The notes under the pieces are model-generated. The model was not told where the DNA came from and searched no databases. It was given only the letters and a program-made list of their open reading frames with translations. The translations under genes were made by a program, and so were the position numbers. Source: Octopus sinensis (taxonomy: Eukaryota). Taken from it: a stretch of 64,000 bases of DNA. Location: the NCBI RefSeq assembly GCF_006345805.1, contig NC_043011.1, forward strand, positions 2,418,001 through 2,482,000, written 5' to 3'. This document shows positions 63,470 through 64,000 of this stretch, piece by piece. The stretch's first letter is position 1, and every line of letters begins with the position of its first letter.

Positions 63470-63760
63470 TGACATCTTGGAAGTCTGCTAGCATACTCTC
63501 TTCCTTCCAGATGGATATAAGGATGTTATGGAAGGCACTGAAAACCATGTTACCAAGTGCCATGTACAGTTCCTGGAGCTTTACCACAGTTCATTTCTTT
63601 TATGACAGTCTTGACCTCATCTACGCTGGCCAGCAGGTCAAGATCCTTGAGTAGCAGCTTCTGAGGTATTTGCTGCAATGCTTCCTGGTTGACAATCGAT
63701 GGCCCATAGAGCTGCACTTCTTCAGCTTCCTGTCCAAATCACTAAATCATCCATAACTAT
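63470..63760 (-). mobile_element. RTE LINE fragment (pre-RT region)
   Basis: SVDEVKTVIKEMNCGKAPG..HNILISIWKEESMLADFQDVT. Confidence 0.7.
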
Positions 63761-63769
63761 TGTATTATC

Positions 63770-63916
63770 CTCTCAAATTACACCAAAATCTCAGGCAATA
63801 ACAAATATCGTATTTATTGTCTGTGAAAATTATAGAATAGAAAACTACTTTGATAAAAACTTATACGTAGTTTTCTGACGAAAACAATGCTGTTCCGAAC
63901 ATTTTGGCCGCAACTG
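63770..63916 (-). mobile_element. One end of a Tc1-like element
   Basis: Minus strand reads TA-CAGTTGCGGCCAAAA, a Tc1-type TIR start, next to a TA tract. Confidence 0.5.
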
Positions 63917-64000
63917 TATATATGTATATATATATATATATGTATGTATACATATGCACATGGAGGCAATTATGTGGATAAACAAATTAGACATATTAAA

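Overview
AT-rich animal genomic DNA dominated by microsatellites and interspersed repeats. I recognise the SINE and RTE families from memory as octopus-type (inference, not a database result). No host gene can be called with confidence, and most ORFs in the supplied track are translations of (TA)n/(CA)n tracts or SINE copies. The main signal is a cluster of Penelope-like elements (PLEs) and derivatives, mostly bounded by (TA)n tracts: (1) a 5'-truncated PLE with an open RT + GIY-YIG frame (38669-40612, minus) and a downstream hammerhead ribozyme (HHR); (2) a decayed PLE with a GIY-YIG remnant and inverted HHR-bearing arms (35670-37388); (3) a 2.2-kb element with inverted HHR arms (7640-9810); (4) a ~380-bp non-coding inverted HHR pair (7189-7572); (5) a Neptune-like GIY-YIG fossil (28960-29530). 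The seven HHR motifs belong to four sequence families with no evident similarity outside the core. All share an unusually long stem II (53-91 nt between core halves) and an 8-nt self-complementary stem III. The rest is RTE, Ingi/Vingi-like and HERO-like LINE fossils, mariner and hAT fossils, a non-autonomous Helitron, several MITEs and module-shuffled tRNA-derived SINEs.
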